NCBI GenBank assembly: GCA_965215125.1
Contig: OZ244052.1
Location: 608,001-672,000 of the forward strand
From: an uncultured candidatus Porisulfidus sp.
Lineage (GTDB): Bacteria > Pseudomonadota > Gammaproteobacteria > Poriferisulfidales > Oxydemutatoraceae
DNA length: 64,000 nt
Direction of reading: 5' to 3'
Under the pieces are notes generated by a model, which saw nothing but the letters and a program-made list of their open reading frames with translations, had not been told where the DNA came from and did not search any database. Shown in pieces: positions 1 to 9,668 of the stretch. The first letter of the stretch is position 1; each line of letters starts with the position of its first letter. Both the position numbers and the translations under genes were made by a program.

Positions 1-3000
1 CTCGGTGAACTGCTAAGCAAAGCCGTAGCGATTGACTACTTTGACATGGGCTTCCACGATGTACTGATACATTGGAATCATAAAGGTAGCGAAGACACCC
101 GAAGCTTCAATATTGAACATTTTATACTCACCCCCCAATACTATAAAACGCAGCTGGCTTTGGTCGCAGAATTACCCGGAACATTGGGTACAAAGCTGAC
201 TTTTATAGCCGAACTTGAACACGATATATTTAATCCGGGCGGTGATTTTTATATCAACACCGAAGATCTGAATTTAGCCACAATTTATCAACTGATCGGT
301 GCACAATCTGCCCACCAAGGTCTGCTGAAAACCGAGTTATGGGGACGAGCATCGTATCGGCAAGGTTTGGAAAATTTAACCGGAACATTATCTCTAAAAG
401 ACTATCTAAATCCTAAATTAAATCCTGCTTATGCAATATCGCATCTACAAACCGAATTGAATTGGCAAGCAAACGACGACGGCAGAGAACTAGGTTTTGC
501 CGGCTTGTCATTACAAAGCGACGACGCGGCTTTAGAAAATGTCGACTTGGCAATCGTTCAAAACCGAAATGAAGCGGGTTATTTCAGTAATCTAAGATTT
601 CAAGCGAATCATATCTCTCCCTCCATATACAATCGGCTTTTTTCTTATGCACAAACCGATTTTAGTATAGAACAAAACCGTATCCGAACTCCCGATGACA
701 GACGAACCGTTGATTTGATACTGCACACTGCGCACTCCGACCGTTGGTTTGCATCGCCGCGTGTCTGGCCGCCGATACGATTATCGGAACCGCTAACATC
801 GACCGACCTGCCACAACCGCTGAGCGGACAAATAGAATTGATGTTGGACGATGTTCGTCTTCATCGGCATCAATGGGTTTCGCCACAAAATTTAGAACGG
901 ATAGAATTAAAAGGAAATTATAAGCACGACGACGAATACGCAGAATGGAATCTGAACGACCTCTATATCAAAGGTTCCGCCGATACCCGCATCGACGGAA
1001 ACCTTTTTTACAGGATAACCGGTGGCAAAGATAAACACCTGCGATCGTCGATGCATTTACACAATCTTAAGGCAACCGAAATCCCGCAGTGGATACCACC
1101 TCAAACGCTCAAACCCAGACTCGAAAACTGGCTACGCAACGCGGTGCGCGGTGGCACCGTCCAATACGCCGAACTCTCGGTGGACGGAAACCCGGATACT
1201 CCTTTCGGTGAGGATGCCGGTCTTTGGCGGCTACAAGCCCAAGCCGATGATGTCACTTTGCTGTATCGCAAACAAGACCCCGAAATTACGGAACTCGACC
1301 TAGATTTGCTACTGGAAAATAAAGTGCTGAAGATTCAAAGCGATAGTTTACGGATGATGAATTTTCATGCCAAAGATACAACCGTTCTGTTAGAAGACAT
1401 TGCCGTGCCTTATATCAAAATCGACACTCAAGGAAGAGGGCCGCTTGCCGATGTTTTGAGCTATGCAAAAACAACCGGATTGGTAGATCCCGAAAGTATC
1501 TTAATCTCAAATATAGAAACAGACGGCGATGTAGATATGAGCTTAAAGGTACATACGCGAATGGTCCCAACGCTAGTGCGCGAAACCTATGTGGGGGGTT
1601 ATATAGACTTGAACGGTGCGAATATGAAACTGAAGACTTTGGGCTTAGATTTCAACCAACTGGAAGGACGCTTGCATTTTGATAGACTAGGCGGACGCTC
1701 GGACAATATCAAGGCATCGTTGAACGACACCTATCCGCTGACTGCAACCGCCGAAGCCGACGCGGGTTCAACCTTGCTCAAAATGCAAACCCGCATCCCT
1801 TTTCCTACCGATTATCTAAAAATACGCTCGTTGCCCGAGAATACGCTCAATACCGCCGCCGATACTTGGTATGCGGAATTACTAATCCCGCCGTTGCGTG
1901 CCGATTCTAAAGGTGCGATGCGATTGAAATTGAACTCGGACTTGAAAGCCTTAGCGGTCAATATGCCCGACCCGATGTACAAACGCGCCGGTGAGGTTGT
2001 CGACTCGACATTCGTTGCCGAAATCACCGACACCGGCAGTAATTATCAATTTGACTACGGCGACCGCGTGCGTTTGGTCCTGCAAACTCCGAAAGCCGAA
2101 ACCGGCGACCGAACACCGACCGGTTTGTTGCATTTCTCCCCGGAAATTACCTATCCGTACGAGGTGAACGAAAATGCCCGTTTCACGGTACGCGGTGTGA
2201 TCCCGCATCTCTCTGTCAATGAATGGCTTGACTGGACGGAAGGCTATCAAGGTGGCGATGGCGGTTCCGAACTTTATGCACAAGATATAGATGTACTGAT
2301 AGACAAGCTGGTTTGGAATACCTCCACTGCCAATCAAGCACACTTGACAATCAGACAACAACAAGACAGAACGCTAGCAACGATAGACTCCGAAACAATC
2401 AAGGGCAATGCATCGATTCCTGCACAACAAAACCAACGCGTTTATATAGATTTGGAACATCTGATACTAGAGGGTAATGCTTTATCATCCGACACAAACA
2501 AACTGGATCCTACTACACTTCCCCCGACATCAATCAAGGTGGCTCGGTTCAAATCAACACGTTTTGATATTAAAGATGTCAAAATGTCACTATCACCCGA
2601 CACCGATGGGGTTCAAATAACCAAAATGAACTTCAACAAAAAGGATGGCGATAAAATTTTAATCCAAGCACAACTGCAGGGCGATTGGAAAAAGATAGGT
2701 GAACAAAACTATAGTAATTTCACTTTCCAATTAAACAGCGATGATTACGGACAGTTGTTGCGCGATTGGAATTTTTTTAGTGGACTACGAGGAGGACAAG
2801 GGCAAATCAACGGGCTTCTTAGTTGGAACCACAGCCCTATGGAATTTGAACTAGACCGACTGCAGGGTCCGGTTAAACTACAAATTAAAGACGGTTCTAT
2901 AGAAACCATAGAACCCGGAGTAGGCAGATTACTCGGCTTGTTGAATGTCAATGTACTCGCAAGACGCCTGTCGCTTGATTTCAAAGATGTCTTTGATAAA

Positions 3001-3435
3001 GGTTTTGAATTCGATAGGATGCAGGGCACGTTGGAATTTAACAAAGCCGATCTAATGACTCAGAACCTTGACATCAACGGTCCTGCCTTGAACATGAATA
3101 TTACCGGACGCACCGGCATCGCACAACGCGATTACGATCAAAAAATTGTAGTCACACCACACGTAGGCACCAATATTGCATTAGCAACCGCTTTCTTAGG
3201 CGGACCTTTGACGGCCGCCACCGTATTCCTGCTGGGAAAAGTCACCGAATTAGATAATTGGGTCGACAAAATCGTCACTTTGGAATACACGCTAAAAGGA
3301 ACTTGGGATAAGCCCGAAGTTGAATTTACCAGTGCCCCGATAGCAAAAAAATTAGACCCCATGAATACGCTCAAAACTCCAGGCAAACATATTAAAGGTA
3401 TCCTCGATAAGATATTCTCGCGTGAGGATAAGTAA
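1..3435 (+). CDS. yhdP: YhdP (AsmA-like) phospholipid transport/envelope protein, 5' end outside window
   Basis: Frame is open from base 1. C-terminal AsmA2-like motifs GRLLGLLNV..LARRLSLDFKDVFDKGFEFD and Y.LKGTWDKP; >1100 aa, beta-rich. Confidence 0.85.
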   Translation, partial: LGELLSKAVAIDYFDMGFHDVLIHWNHKGSEDTRSFNIEHFILTPQYYKTQLALVAELPGTLGTKLTFIAELEHDIFNPGGDFYINTEDLNLATIYQLIGAQSAHQGLLKTELWGRASYRQGLENLTGTLSLKDYLNPKLNPAYAISHLQTELNWQANDDGRELGFAGLSLQSDDAALENVDLAIVQNRNEAGYFSNLRFQANHISPSIYNRLFSYAQTDFSIEQNRIRTPDDRRTVDLILHTAHSDRWFASPRVWPPIRLSEPLTSTDLPQPLSGQIELMLDDVRLHRHQWVSPQNLERIELKGNYKHDDEYAEWNLNDLYIKGSADTRIDGNLFYRITGGKDKHLRSSMHLHNLKATEIPQWIPPQTLKPRLENWLRNAVRGGTVQYAELSVDGNPDTPFGEDAGLWRLQAQADDVTLLYRKQDPEITELDLDLLLENKVLKIQSDSLRMMNFHAKDTTVLLEDIAVPYIKIDTQGRGPLADVLSYAKTTGLVDPESILISNIETDGDVDMSLKVHTRMVPTLVRETYVGGYIDLNGANMKLKTLGLDFNQLEGRLHFDRLGGRSDNIKASLNDTYPLTATAEADAGSTLLKMQTRIPFPTDYLKIRSLPENTLNTAADTWYAELLIPPLRADSKGAMRLKLNSDLKALAVNMPDPMYKRAGEVVDSTFVAEITDTGSNYQFDYGDRVRLVLQTPKAETGDRTPTGLLHFSPEITYPYEVNENARFTVRGVIPHLSVNEWLDWTEGYQGGDGGSELYAQDIDVLIDKLVWNTSTANQAHLTIRQQQDRTLATIDSETIKGNASIPAQQNQRVYIDLEHLILEGNALSSDTNKLDPTTLPPTSIKVARFKSTRFDIKDVKMSLSPDTDGVQITKMNFNKKDGDKILIQAQLQGDWKKIGEQNYSNFTFQLNSDDYGQLLRDWNFFSGLRGGQGQINGLLSWNHSPMEFELDRLQGPVKLQIKDGSIETIEPGVGRLLGLLNVNVLARRLSLDFKDVFDKGFEFDRMQGTLEFNKADLMTQNLDINGPALNMNITGRTGIAQRDYDQKIVVTPHVGTNIALATAFLGGPLTAATVFLLGKVTELDNWVDKIVTLEYTLKGTWDKPEVEFTSAPIAKKLDPMNTLKTPGKHIKGILDKIFSREDK

Positions 3436-3480
3436 AATCATCCGAAAATGCCGTCCTTACAGAACTAAGGTGTTTACCGC

Positions 3481-3575
3481 AAACCACCCCATGGAAAGGC
3501 TTTACATTTTGTAATATGTACTAAGATCTGCACAATGTTATGCCGATTAACCTACTGGCTTAATCGGCGATTCTA
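3481..3575 (-). repeat. Structured repeat family A copy (TAGAAYC + 9-bp stem/9-nt loop + TTGTGCAG tail)
   Basis: GCCGATTAA-CCTACTGGC-TTAATCGGC hairpin at 3542-3568; upstream GGCTTTACATTTTGTA is shared with copies at 45.7 and 51.7 kb. Confidence 0.85.
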
Positions 3576-3582
3576 TTACGCT

Positions 3583-3608
3583 TGCCACCCCTCCACAGGA
3601 GGGGAATG
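3583..3608 (+). repeat. REP-like repeat family B, partial copy
   Basis: TGCCACCCCTCCACAGGAGGGGAATG, identical to 14635-14660. Confidence 0.8.
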
Positions 3609-3633
3609 GCTTTCCCTACAGTAAGCGATGGTT

Positions 3634-5070
3634 CTACTTGGAGTCGGGGTCCATTTTATTCATTAAATTCTTAATTGTTTTTGCGTTCCGTAAAATAGTA
3701 TCTACCTCCGGTTGCGACTCGGATGCATCGGGAATATCGGAAAAAGAATCTGCGGGAGTATCATCGTTTCGGCTGTCTATCGCTTTGAACTTAGGCGAAT
3801 GACCGTAGTCATACGATCTAGGTTCTTTCTCGGCAACTAAAACAACCGCTTGTCCGGGATAAAACAACGCTTTTAAGTTAAGTTCCTTAAACAGCGACGA
3901 CAAAGCGTTTCGCCTACTGCTTTCCGCATGAGAAACCAATTTTTGCTTCAATACGGCATCGGATACCTCGTAGTGCACGACCCAACCTTCGGGAATAAGT
4001 ATCTCTATCAGTTCTTTCACCGCTATGGAACTATAATGCACAATAACAGCCTCATCCAACGAACCCACACCTTCCTTCGCTTTGATAACCGATTGCACCG
4101 ACCATAGATCGCGAACGACATCGTGTTCCTCGATGGTTGTCCGCTTATCTAGTTTCGATAAATCCGTATAGGGCGATGTGCTATGTCCCGGTATGTATTG
4201 AACACGGTGTATATTCGGTATCTTATCAAACGAGTCTGCATCATCCGAAGATAACATCTTTGCCGGATGATAAGATCCGATATTTCCTCGAGTATATTTA
4301 TTACCGAGTCCATCCGGTATCTCATAGTATAAGTCCGTGTTATCCGGAACGGGTATCTCGGCCTTTTCAAAATGCACAAAGTCGGCAACCGATTCATTAT
4401 GTATGACCGTATTTTCGGAAACATCATTGTCGACTATATTCGTATCCGACACCGATTGTTCTACAGGCAAGTCGGGGTATTCTTGTTGAAAATGATCTCG
4501 TCTCGTTTGTGCAGACACAGAGTCATCGGCAGGATAGTGGTTTGCTCTCGTTAGCGGTGCACGCGATATAGACTTTGGGGAATGCAGTCCAAGTGTGCCA
4601 TCGCCGTTGAAACCGTCTGCCGTTTGCCAAGGCACATAAGCGTGTAGCTGGATGACCAGCTTGCGATTCACCGAATCCACTAACAGCTGCCACGCCTCGC
4701 CCGCCAAAGTCGCTATCGCATCTTTGAGCGTCATTAGGTTAAGCCTTCTATGCACCGCCGGTATATCTAATCCTGAGAAAATGTTATACGCCTCGGCACT
4801 TTGCCGCCAATCTACACGATAACCCGAGCGTTGTAGCGCGTGATCAATCGCCTCTTGCACCGTTTTGACAGCGGAAGGAAAATTAATTTGCGTCAACACC
4901 AAAAGTGGGTTAACTTCTTCCAGCGCGGCATTTGTTTTATAACCGGTGTAGCGATCTACTTGCAATCTGCGATCGTGTGAACTTTGGCCGATAAAATATG
5001 TCTCGGCTACTACTATGGTGGCAGCCCAGATATTAATCAATAAAAGTAATAGACTTCCGATTATTTTCAT
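3634..5070 (-). CDS. Exported protein with PilL-like (ICE type IVb pilus) N-terminal domain and TcpQ-like C-terminal domain
   Basis: Start re-set to ATG 5070 (AGGAG RBS, signal peptide MKIIGSLLLLL). RYT...NPL....INFP..VKTV.EAI.HAL.RSGY...P.VHR.L..MTLKDA..TLAG.AW.L.VD.VNR resembles the conjugative PilL family. Confidence 0.6.
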   Translation of the reverse strand: MKIIGSLLLLLINIWAATIVVAETYFIGQSSHDRRLQVDRYTGYKTNAALEEVNPLLVLTQINFPSAVKTVQEAIDHALQRSGYRVDWRQSAEAYNIFSGLDIPAVHRRLNLMTLKDAIATLAGEAWQLLVDSVNRKLVIQLHAYVPWQTADGFNGDGTLGLHSPKSISRAPLTRANHYPADDSVSAQTRRDHFQQEYPDLPVEQSVSDTNIVDNDVSENTVIHNESVADFVHFEKAEIPVPDNTDLYYEIPDGLGNKYTRGNIGSYHPAKMLSSDDADSFDKIPNIHRVQYIPGHSTSPYTDLSKLDKRTTIEEHDVVRDLWSVQSVIKAKEGVGSLDEAVIVHYSSIAVKELIEILIPEGWVVHYEVSDAVLKQKLVSHAESSRRNALSSLFKELNLKALFYPGQAVVLVAEKEPRSYDYGHSPKFKAIDSRNDDTPADSFSDIPDASESQPEVDTILRNAKTIKNLMNKMDPDSK

Positions 5071-5241
5071 ATCAAAAACTCCTGTGTGTTTATCTCTGCA
5101 TAACAAGCTGGTTTTATAGCTTGTTTCCCATAGCATACCGATTTTTAGGCATACCGTCCGGCTTTCCGACGAACGAACACGATAATCCGACAAACGGTTA
5201 ATGGTGTTAGAATATCGGCTTCATTAAGCTACTCTCTCGTG

Positions 5242-6189
5242 ATGGATAAACTCAAATGTGCGGTCATAGGAACAGGTTATTTCGGCAAGTTTCATGCGCA
5301 AAAATATGCAACACTGGACGATTGCCAACTGATTGCCGTAGCCGATAAGAACCCGACATCGTGCGCAGTTTGTGCATCCGAAGTGAACGCACAAAGCTGT
5401 TCCGATTATCGTACATTGATCGGAACCATAGACGCGGCAAGCATCGTCACTCCGACGGCTACGCATTATGCAATCGCACGCGAGCTGTTGAATAACGGCA
5501 TCCATGTGTTGCTGGAAAAACCGATGACGACCTCGCTTGAAGAAGCCGACCGGCTAATTGAAACCGCTCGTCAAAACGATGCAGTCTTGCAAATCGGACA
5601 CATAGAACGTTTCAACCCGGCACTTACTCGTATTAAACATACGATTAACAAACCCGAGTTTATAGAGGTGCTAAGGCTTAGTGGATATCAAAACCGCAAT
5701 ACCGAAATAGGCGTAGTATTTGATTTGATGATACACGACCTCGATATAGTATTGAGTCTGGTCGGTTCGGAAGTGGAGTCTATACACGCTAAGGGCGTGC
5801 AGGTATGGAGCGAAGAGGTTGATATCATAAATGCTCGTTTGATATTCGCAAACGGATGTGTAGTGAACATCACCGAGAGCCGCATCAGCCTCAAATCCGA
5901 GCGTAAAATCAGAATATTCAGCAGGGATGACGGGTATCATTCCATAGATTTACAAAACGGCACGAGCGAGCACTATCGGATTAAGGACCGCAACCGTCGA
6001 GACTTCAGCCGACAAAGCTATCCGAGTATCGCAAATGCCGACCCGTTGCGCGACGAGATCAAACACTTCGTAAGTTGCATCAAAAACAAAACACCTCCTA
6101 AAGTCGGAGGTTCGGAAGGACGCAGTGCATTGGTGCTCGCCCAACGAGTGCACGATTCCTTATTCGGTAACGGAGCAATCAATCTATAA
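5242..6189 (+). CDS. Gfo/Idh/MocA oxidoreductase (GnnA/WbpB-like UDP-sugar 3-dehydrogenase)
   Basis: AVIGTGYFGKFHA, HVLLEKP, GHIERFNP, DLMIHDLD motifs; next to a DegT aminotransferase. Confidence 0.85.
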   Translation: MDKLKCAVIGTGYFGKFHAQKYATLDDCQLIAVADKNPTSCAVCASEVNAQSCSDYRTLIGTIDAASIVTPTATHYAIARELLNNGIHVLLEKPMTTSLEEADRLIETARQNDAVLQIGHIERFNPALTRIKHTINKPEFIEVLRLSGYQNRNTEIGVVFDLMIHDLDIVLSLVGSEVESIHAKGVQVWSEEVDIINARLIFANGCVVNITESRISLKSERKIRIFSRDDGYHSIDLQNGTSEHYRIKDRNRRDFSRQSYPSIANADPLRDEIKHFVSCIKNKTPPKVGGSEGRSALVLAQRVHDSLFGNGAINL

Positions 6190-6243
6190 TCAACTTATGA
6201 ATACCATGCGAAGTATGTCCGAGATCGGAAAGAGGAAAGCAAG

Positions 6244-7347
6244 ATGATACCGACTAGTAAGCCACGCCTCCAACACCAACGCCTGAAAACCGAATTGGAG
6301 CGAGCGGTCATCGATGTCATGCGAAGCGGGAACTACATATTAGGGCAGCAAGTAGAAGCATTCGAATCCGAGGTTGCTAACTTTCTGAATGTTCGGCACG
6401 CGGTATCTTGTGCCTCCGGCACCGATGCCTTATTACTGAGTATGAAAGCACTCGGTATAAAAGCAGGCGACGAGGTCATCACACCTACATTCAATTTTGT
6501 ATCGGTAGCCGAGGTTGCTTGTTATTTAGGTGCGACTCCGGTACTGGTTGATATTTCGCCTTATAGCTTCAACATAGACCCCGAGAGTATAAAAGCGCAC
6601 CTTAGCGAGAAAACTCGGGCAATCGTTGCGGTGCATCTATACGGCCAAACCGCAGATATAGAGTCGCTTATACAAATTGCCGAACAGCACAATCTGCTGT
6701 TAATAGAAGACTGTGCACAAGCCTTCGGTGCAAAATACGACGACGACTATGTCGGCACACTGTCCGAGGCCGGCTGCCACAGTTTTTATCCGACTAAAAA
6801 TCTAAGTGCATACGGGGACGGCGGATTGATTAGCACGAATAATACCGATTTGGTGGCACATTTACGGGCGTTGCGTAATCATGGTTCGTACACCCGCTAT
6901 CAACACGACGAAATCGGTTATAACAGTCGTTTGGACGAGATACAAGCGGCAGCACTACGCATCAAGCTAAAATACATAGAAGATTTTAATAACCAAAGAA
7001 CGGCAATCGCAACACAGTACGACACCCTACTGAAAGATTTTGTTACAATCCCGGCGCGCGATCCGCACGGCATCCATGTATTTCATCAATACACGATTTT
7101 GAGTCCTCAACGAGACCATATTAAACAAGCACTGCTCGATAACGACATCGTAGCCGACATCTACTATCCGCATCTACTCAGTGAGCAACTCGCACTCGCC
7201 GAGCGTTGTAAAACGCCGCCTTGCCCGAATGCCGAAACGGTAGCCAAACAATGTTTATCGCTGCCTATTTATCCGGGGTTGGATTCGGATACAATAGAAC
7301 ATATCGCTTCTATTATTATTGAAACCGCACAGCAAACCGATGATTAA
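6244..7347 (+). CDS. DegT/DnrJ/EryC1/StrS aminotransferase (GnnB/WbpE-like)
   Basis: SGTDAL, IEDCAQAFGA, SFYPTKNLSAYGDGG, GYNSRLDEIQAA motifs. Confidence 0.9.
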   Translation: MIPTSKPRLQHQRLKTELERAVIDVMRSGNYILGQQVEAFESEVANFLNVRHAVSCASGTDALLLSMKALGIKAGDEVITPTFNFVSVAEVACYLGATPVLVDISPYSFNIDPESIKAHLSEKTRAIVAVHLYGQTADIESLIQIAEQHNLLLIEDCAQAFGAKYDDDYVGTLSEAGCHSFYPTKNLSAYGDGGLISTNNTDLVAHLRALRNHGSYTRYQHDEIGYNSRLDEIQAAALRIKLKYIEDFNNQRTAIATQYDTLLKDFVTIPARDPHGIHVFHQYTILSPQRDHIKQALLDNDIVADIYYPHLLSEQLALAERCKTPPCPNAETVAKQCLSLPIYPGLDSDTIEHIASIIIETAQQTDD

Positions 7348-7364
7348 CCCTACGAGGTTTAACT

Positions 7365-7703
7365 ATGGCAACTTTGTTCACCAAAATTATTAATCGCGAA
7401 ATACCCGCCGACATCGTCTACGAAGACGAACAGTGCTTGGCATTCCGAGATATAGATCCCAAAGCACCGACCCATATCCTAATCATTCCCAAGAAGGAAA
7501 TTCCTAAAATATCCGAAGCGACGGCGGCGGATCAAAAATTACTCGGACACCTGCTCCTAAAAGCCGGCGATATAGCCCGCAACGAAGGTGTCTCCGACAA
7601 TTTCAGGCTTGTCGTCAACAACGGCGAAAGTGCCGGTCAAACCGTCTTTCATCTACACATACACCTAATGGCGGGCAGAGCCTTTAATTGGCCTCCGGGT
7701 TGA
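7365..7703 (+). CDS. hinT: Histidine triad nucleotide-binding protein (copy 1)
   Basis: TLFTKII.REIPA.IVYED, GQTVFHLHIH HIT motif, WPPG end. Confidence 0.92.
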   Translation: MATLFTKIINREIPADIVYEDEQCLAFRDIDPKAPTHILIIPKKEIPKISEATAADQKLLGHLLLKAGDIARNEGVSDNFRLVVNNGESAGQTVFHLHIHLMAGRAFNWPPG

Positions 7704-7819
7704 TTATCAAATAATCTCTTACAAATTACATATAAATAAGTTTGCTTCTCAAAGAAATATCGGCAAATACAAAATTTGCATAAAGACGGGATATTAGAAC
7801 ACACGGGTAATTGCTTATA

Positions 7820-8950
7820 ATGAATAAAAAATATCTGATGACACAACCTGAGTATCTAGAGGGTAAAGAAAGGGATAAAATAGAAGGATTAGACGGCAAG
7901 ATCAGGGATGTGAGTTCTCTCTGGGGCAAAGCACTGACATTAAAAAGAATACCGGTCATCCCCAATCAACCTCCAAACACCATGACACATAATTTGGGAA
8001 AATCACTGGACAATTTTACATGGTTAAGATATTTAGATCTAGATAAAACAGAAGCCTATAAGTTAAGAAAAGATGGAACCATAAAAAAGGAAAAGTCTCG
8101 GTTAAATTATGTTTTAAGGTCTGATTTTAATATAGAGTCTTATCCACAAAATCAAACACACACGGTTGATTTAGACAAACTCTACGATAGAGATAACGAA
8201 AAATATAAAGTGTTGCGTGTAGCACCTTCTATAGGATTCCCCACACCACCCTATTACATAAGATTTATCGCTTCACAAGCTGTGAACGATTTAACCGATA
8301 GTGTCCTCGCCCGTTTCGGCACCGGCAGATCTACTATGCAGGATGCTCAAGAATTGCTTTATAATCGTTGCTCTACGGTAAACTTGTTCGAGAAAATTAA
8401 GCATGAAAAATTCTTTTATTCGTGTCTGCATATACGCGCCAACGATATGCTTTTCTTTGAGCCTCGTTTTTTTCACGCTGCCTTAGCTAGTAATATCAAA
8501 AGACTAGTACACCGGGCGTGTCCACACGGCACGAAGCTCTACATTATGTCGGACATACATGATGCCGAGTATTTCGATTTTCTGAGAAATAGATACGATG
8601 TTTATACATATCGCGATTTCCCTGAACTTAAGTGCTTAATCGACAACGCAAGTCATGCCGCAGATAATCACCTACTATACGCAGTTGAAAAAAATATCAT
8701 GGATCATGCTTTGGTGAAGTTAGTGGCTCACCGAAGAAGCCTTTATCATTTCCAATCGGATTTTATATATAGTGTTCCTCGAACTATCCGGTATATTTAT
8801 GAGTATATAAAACGACATAGCAAGGGCGATACCATGAAAGCCTACACTATGATGGCAAACCATACGAGCATAAAAATGATGTTGCTTTCGATCCCATACA
8901 AGGGGCTAATGAAAAAAATATGGCATAAGTTTGCGACGAAGCCGGTGTAA
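7820..8950 (+). CDS. O-fucosyltransferase-like (GT-B) protein, copy 1
   Basis: YSCLHIRAND, LYIMSD, YTYRDFPEL and DNHLLYAVEK match the HxRxxD / LY(I)xSD pattern of O-FucT/NodZ-like families. AT-rich. Confidence 0.55.
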   Translation: MNKKYLMTQPEYLEGKERDKIEGLDGKIRDVSSLWGKALTLKRIPVIPNQPPNTMTHNLGKSLDNFTWLRYLDLDKTEAYKLRKDGTIKKEKSRLNYVLRSDFNIESYPQNQTHTVDLDKLYDRDNEKYKVLRVAPSIGFPTPPYYIRFIASQAVNDLTDSVLARFGTGRSTMQDAQELLYNRCSTVNLFEKIKHEKFFYSCLHIRANDMLFFEPRFFHAALASNIKRLVHRACPHGTKLYIMSDIHDAEYFDFLRNRYDVYTYRDFPELKCLIDNASHAADNHLLYAVEKNIMDHALVKLVAHRRSLYHFQSDFIYSVPRTIRYIYEYIKRHSKGDTMKAYTMMANHTSIKMMLLSIPYKGLMKKIWHKFATKPV

Positions 8951-8988
8951 ATTCCAGTGGCGGGGTTTAGAGAGTATGTGACTTCTCC

Positions 8989-9196
8989 TAACGACATCGT
9001 AGCCGACATCTACTATCCGCATCTACTCAGTGAGCAACTCGCACTCGCCGAGCGTTGTAAAACGCCGCCTTGCCCGAATGCCGAAACGGTAGCCAAACAA
9101 TGTTTATCGCTGCCTATTTACCCGAGGTTGGATTCGGATACAATAGAACATATCGCTTCTGTTATCATTGAAACCGCACGGCAAACCGATGATTAA
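8989..9196 (+). pseudogene. Duplicated 3' fragment of the DegT aminotransferase
   Basis: NDIVADIYYPHLL...QTDD is nearly identical to the C-terminus of 6244..7347. Confidence 0.9.
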
Positions 9197-9213
9197 CCCT
9201 ACGAGGTTTAACT

Positions 9214-9552
9214 ATGGCAACTTTGTTCACCAAAATTATTAATCGCGAAATACCCGCCGACATCGTCTACGAAGACGAACAGTGCTTGGCATTCCGAGAT
9301 ATAGACCCCAAAGCACCGACCCATATCCTAATCATTCCCAAAAAGGAAATTCCTAAAATATCCGAAGCAACGGCGGCGGATCAAAAATTACTCGGACACC
9401 TGCTCCTAAAAGCCGGCGATATAGCCCACAGCGAAGGTGTCTCCGACAATTTCAGGCTTGTCGTCAACAACGGCGAAAGTGCCGGCCAAACCGTCTTTCA
9501 TCTACACATACACCTAATGGCAGGCAGAGCCTTTAATTGGCCTCCGGGTTGA
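9214..9552 (+). CDS. hinT: Histidine triad nucleotide-binding protein (copy 2)
   Basis: Differs from copy 1 only at RN>HS. Confidence 0.92.
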   Translation: MATLFTKIINREIPADIVYEDEQCLAFRDIDPKAPTHILIIPKKEIPKISEATAADQKLLGHLLLKAGDIAHSEGVSDNFRLVVNNGESAGQTVFHLHIHLMAGRAFNWPPG

Positions 9553-9668
9553 TTATCAAATAATCCCTTACAAATTACATATAAATAAGTTTGCTTCTCA
9601 AAGAAATATCGACAAATACAAAATTTGCATAAAGGCGGGACATTAGAACATATGAGTGATTGCTTATG

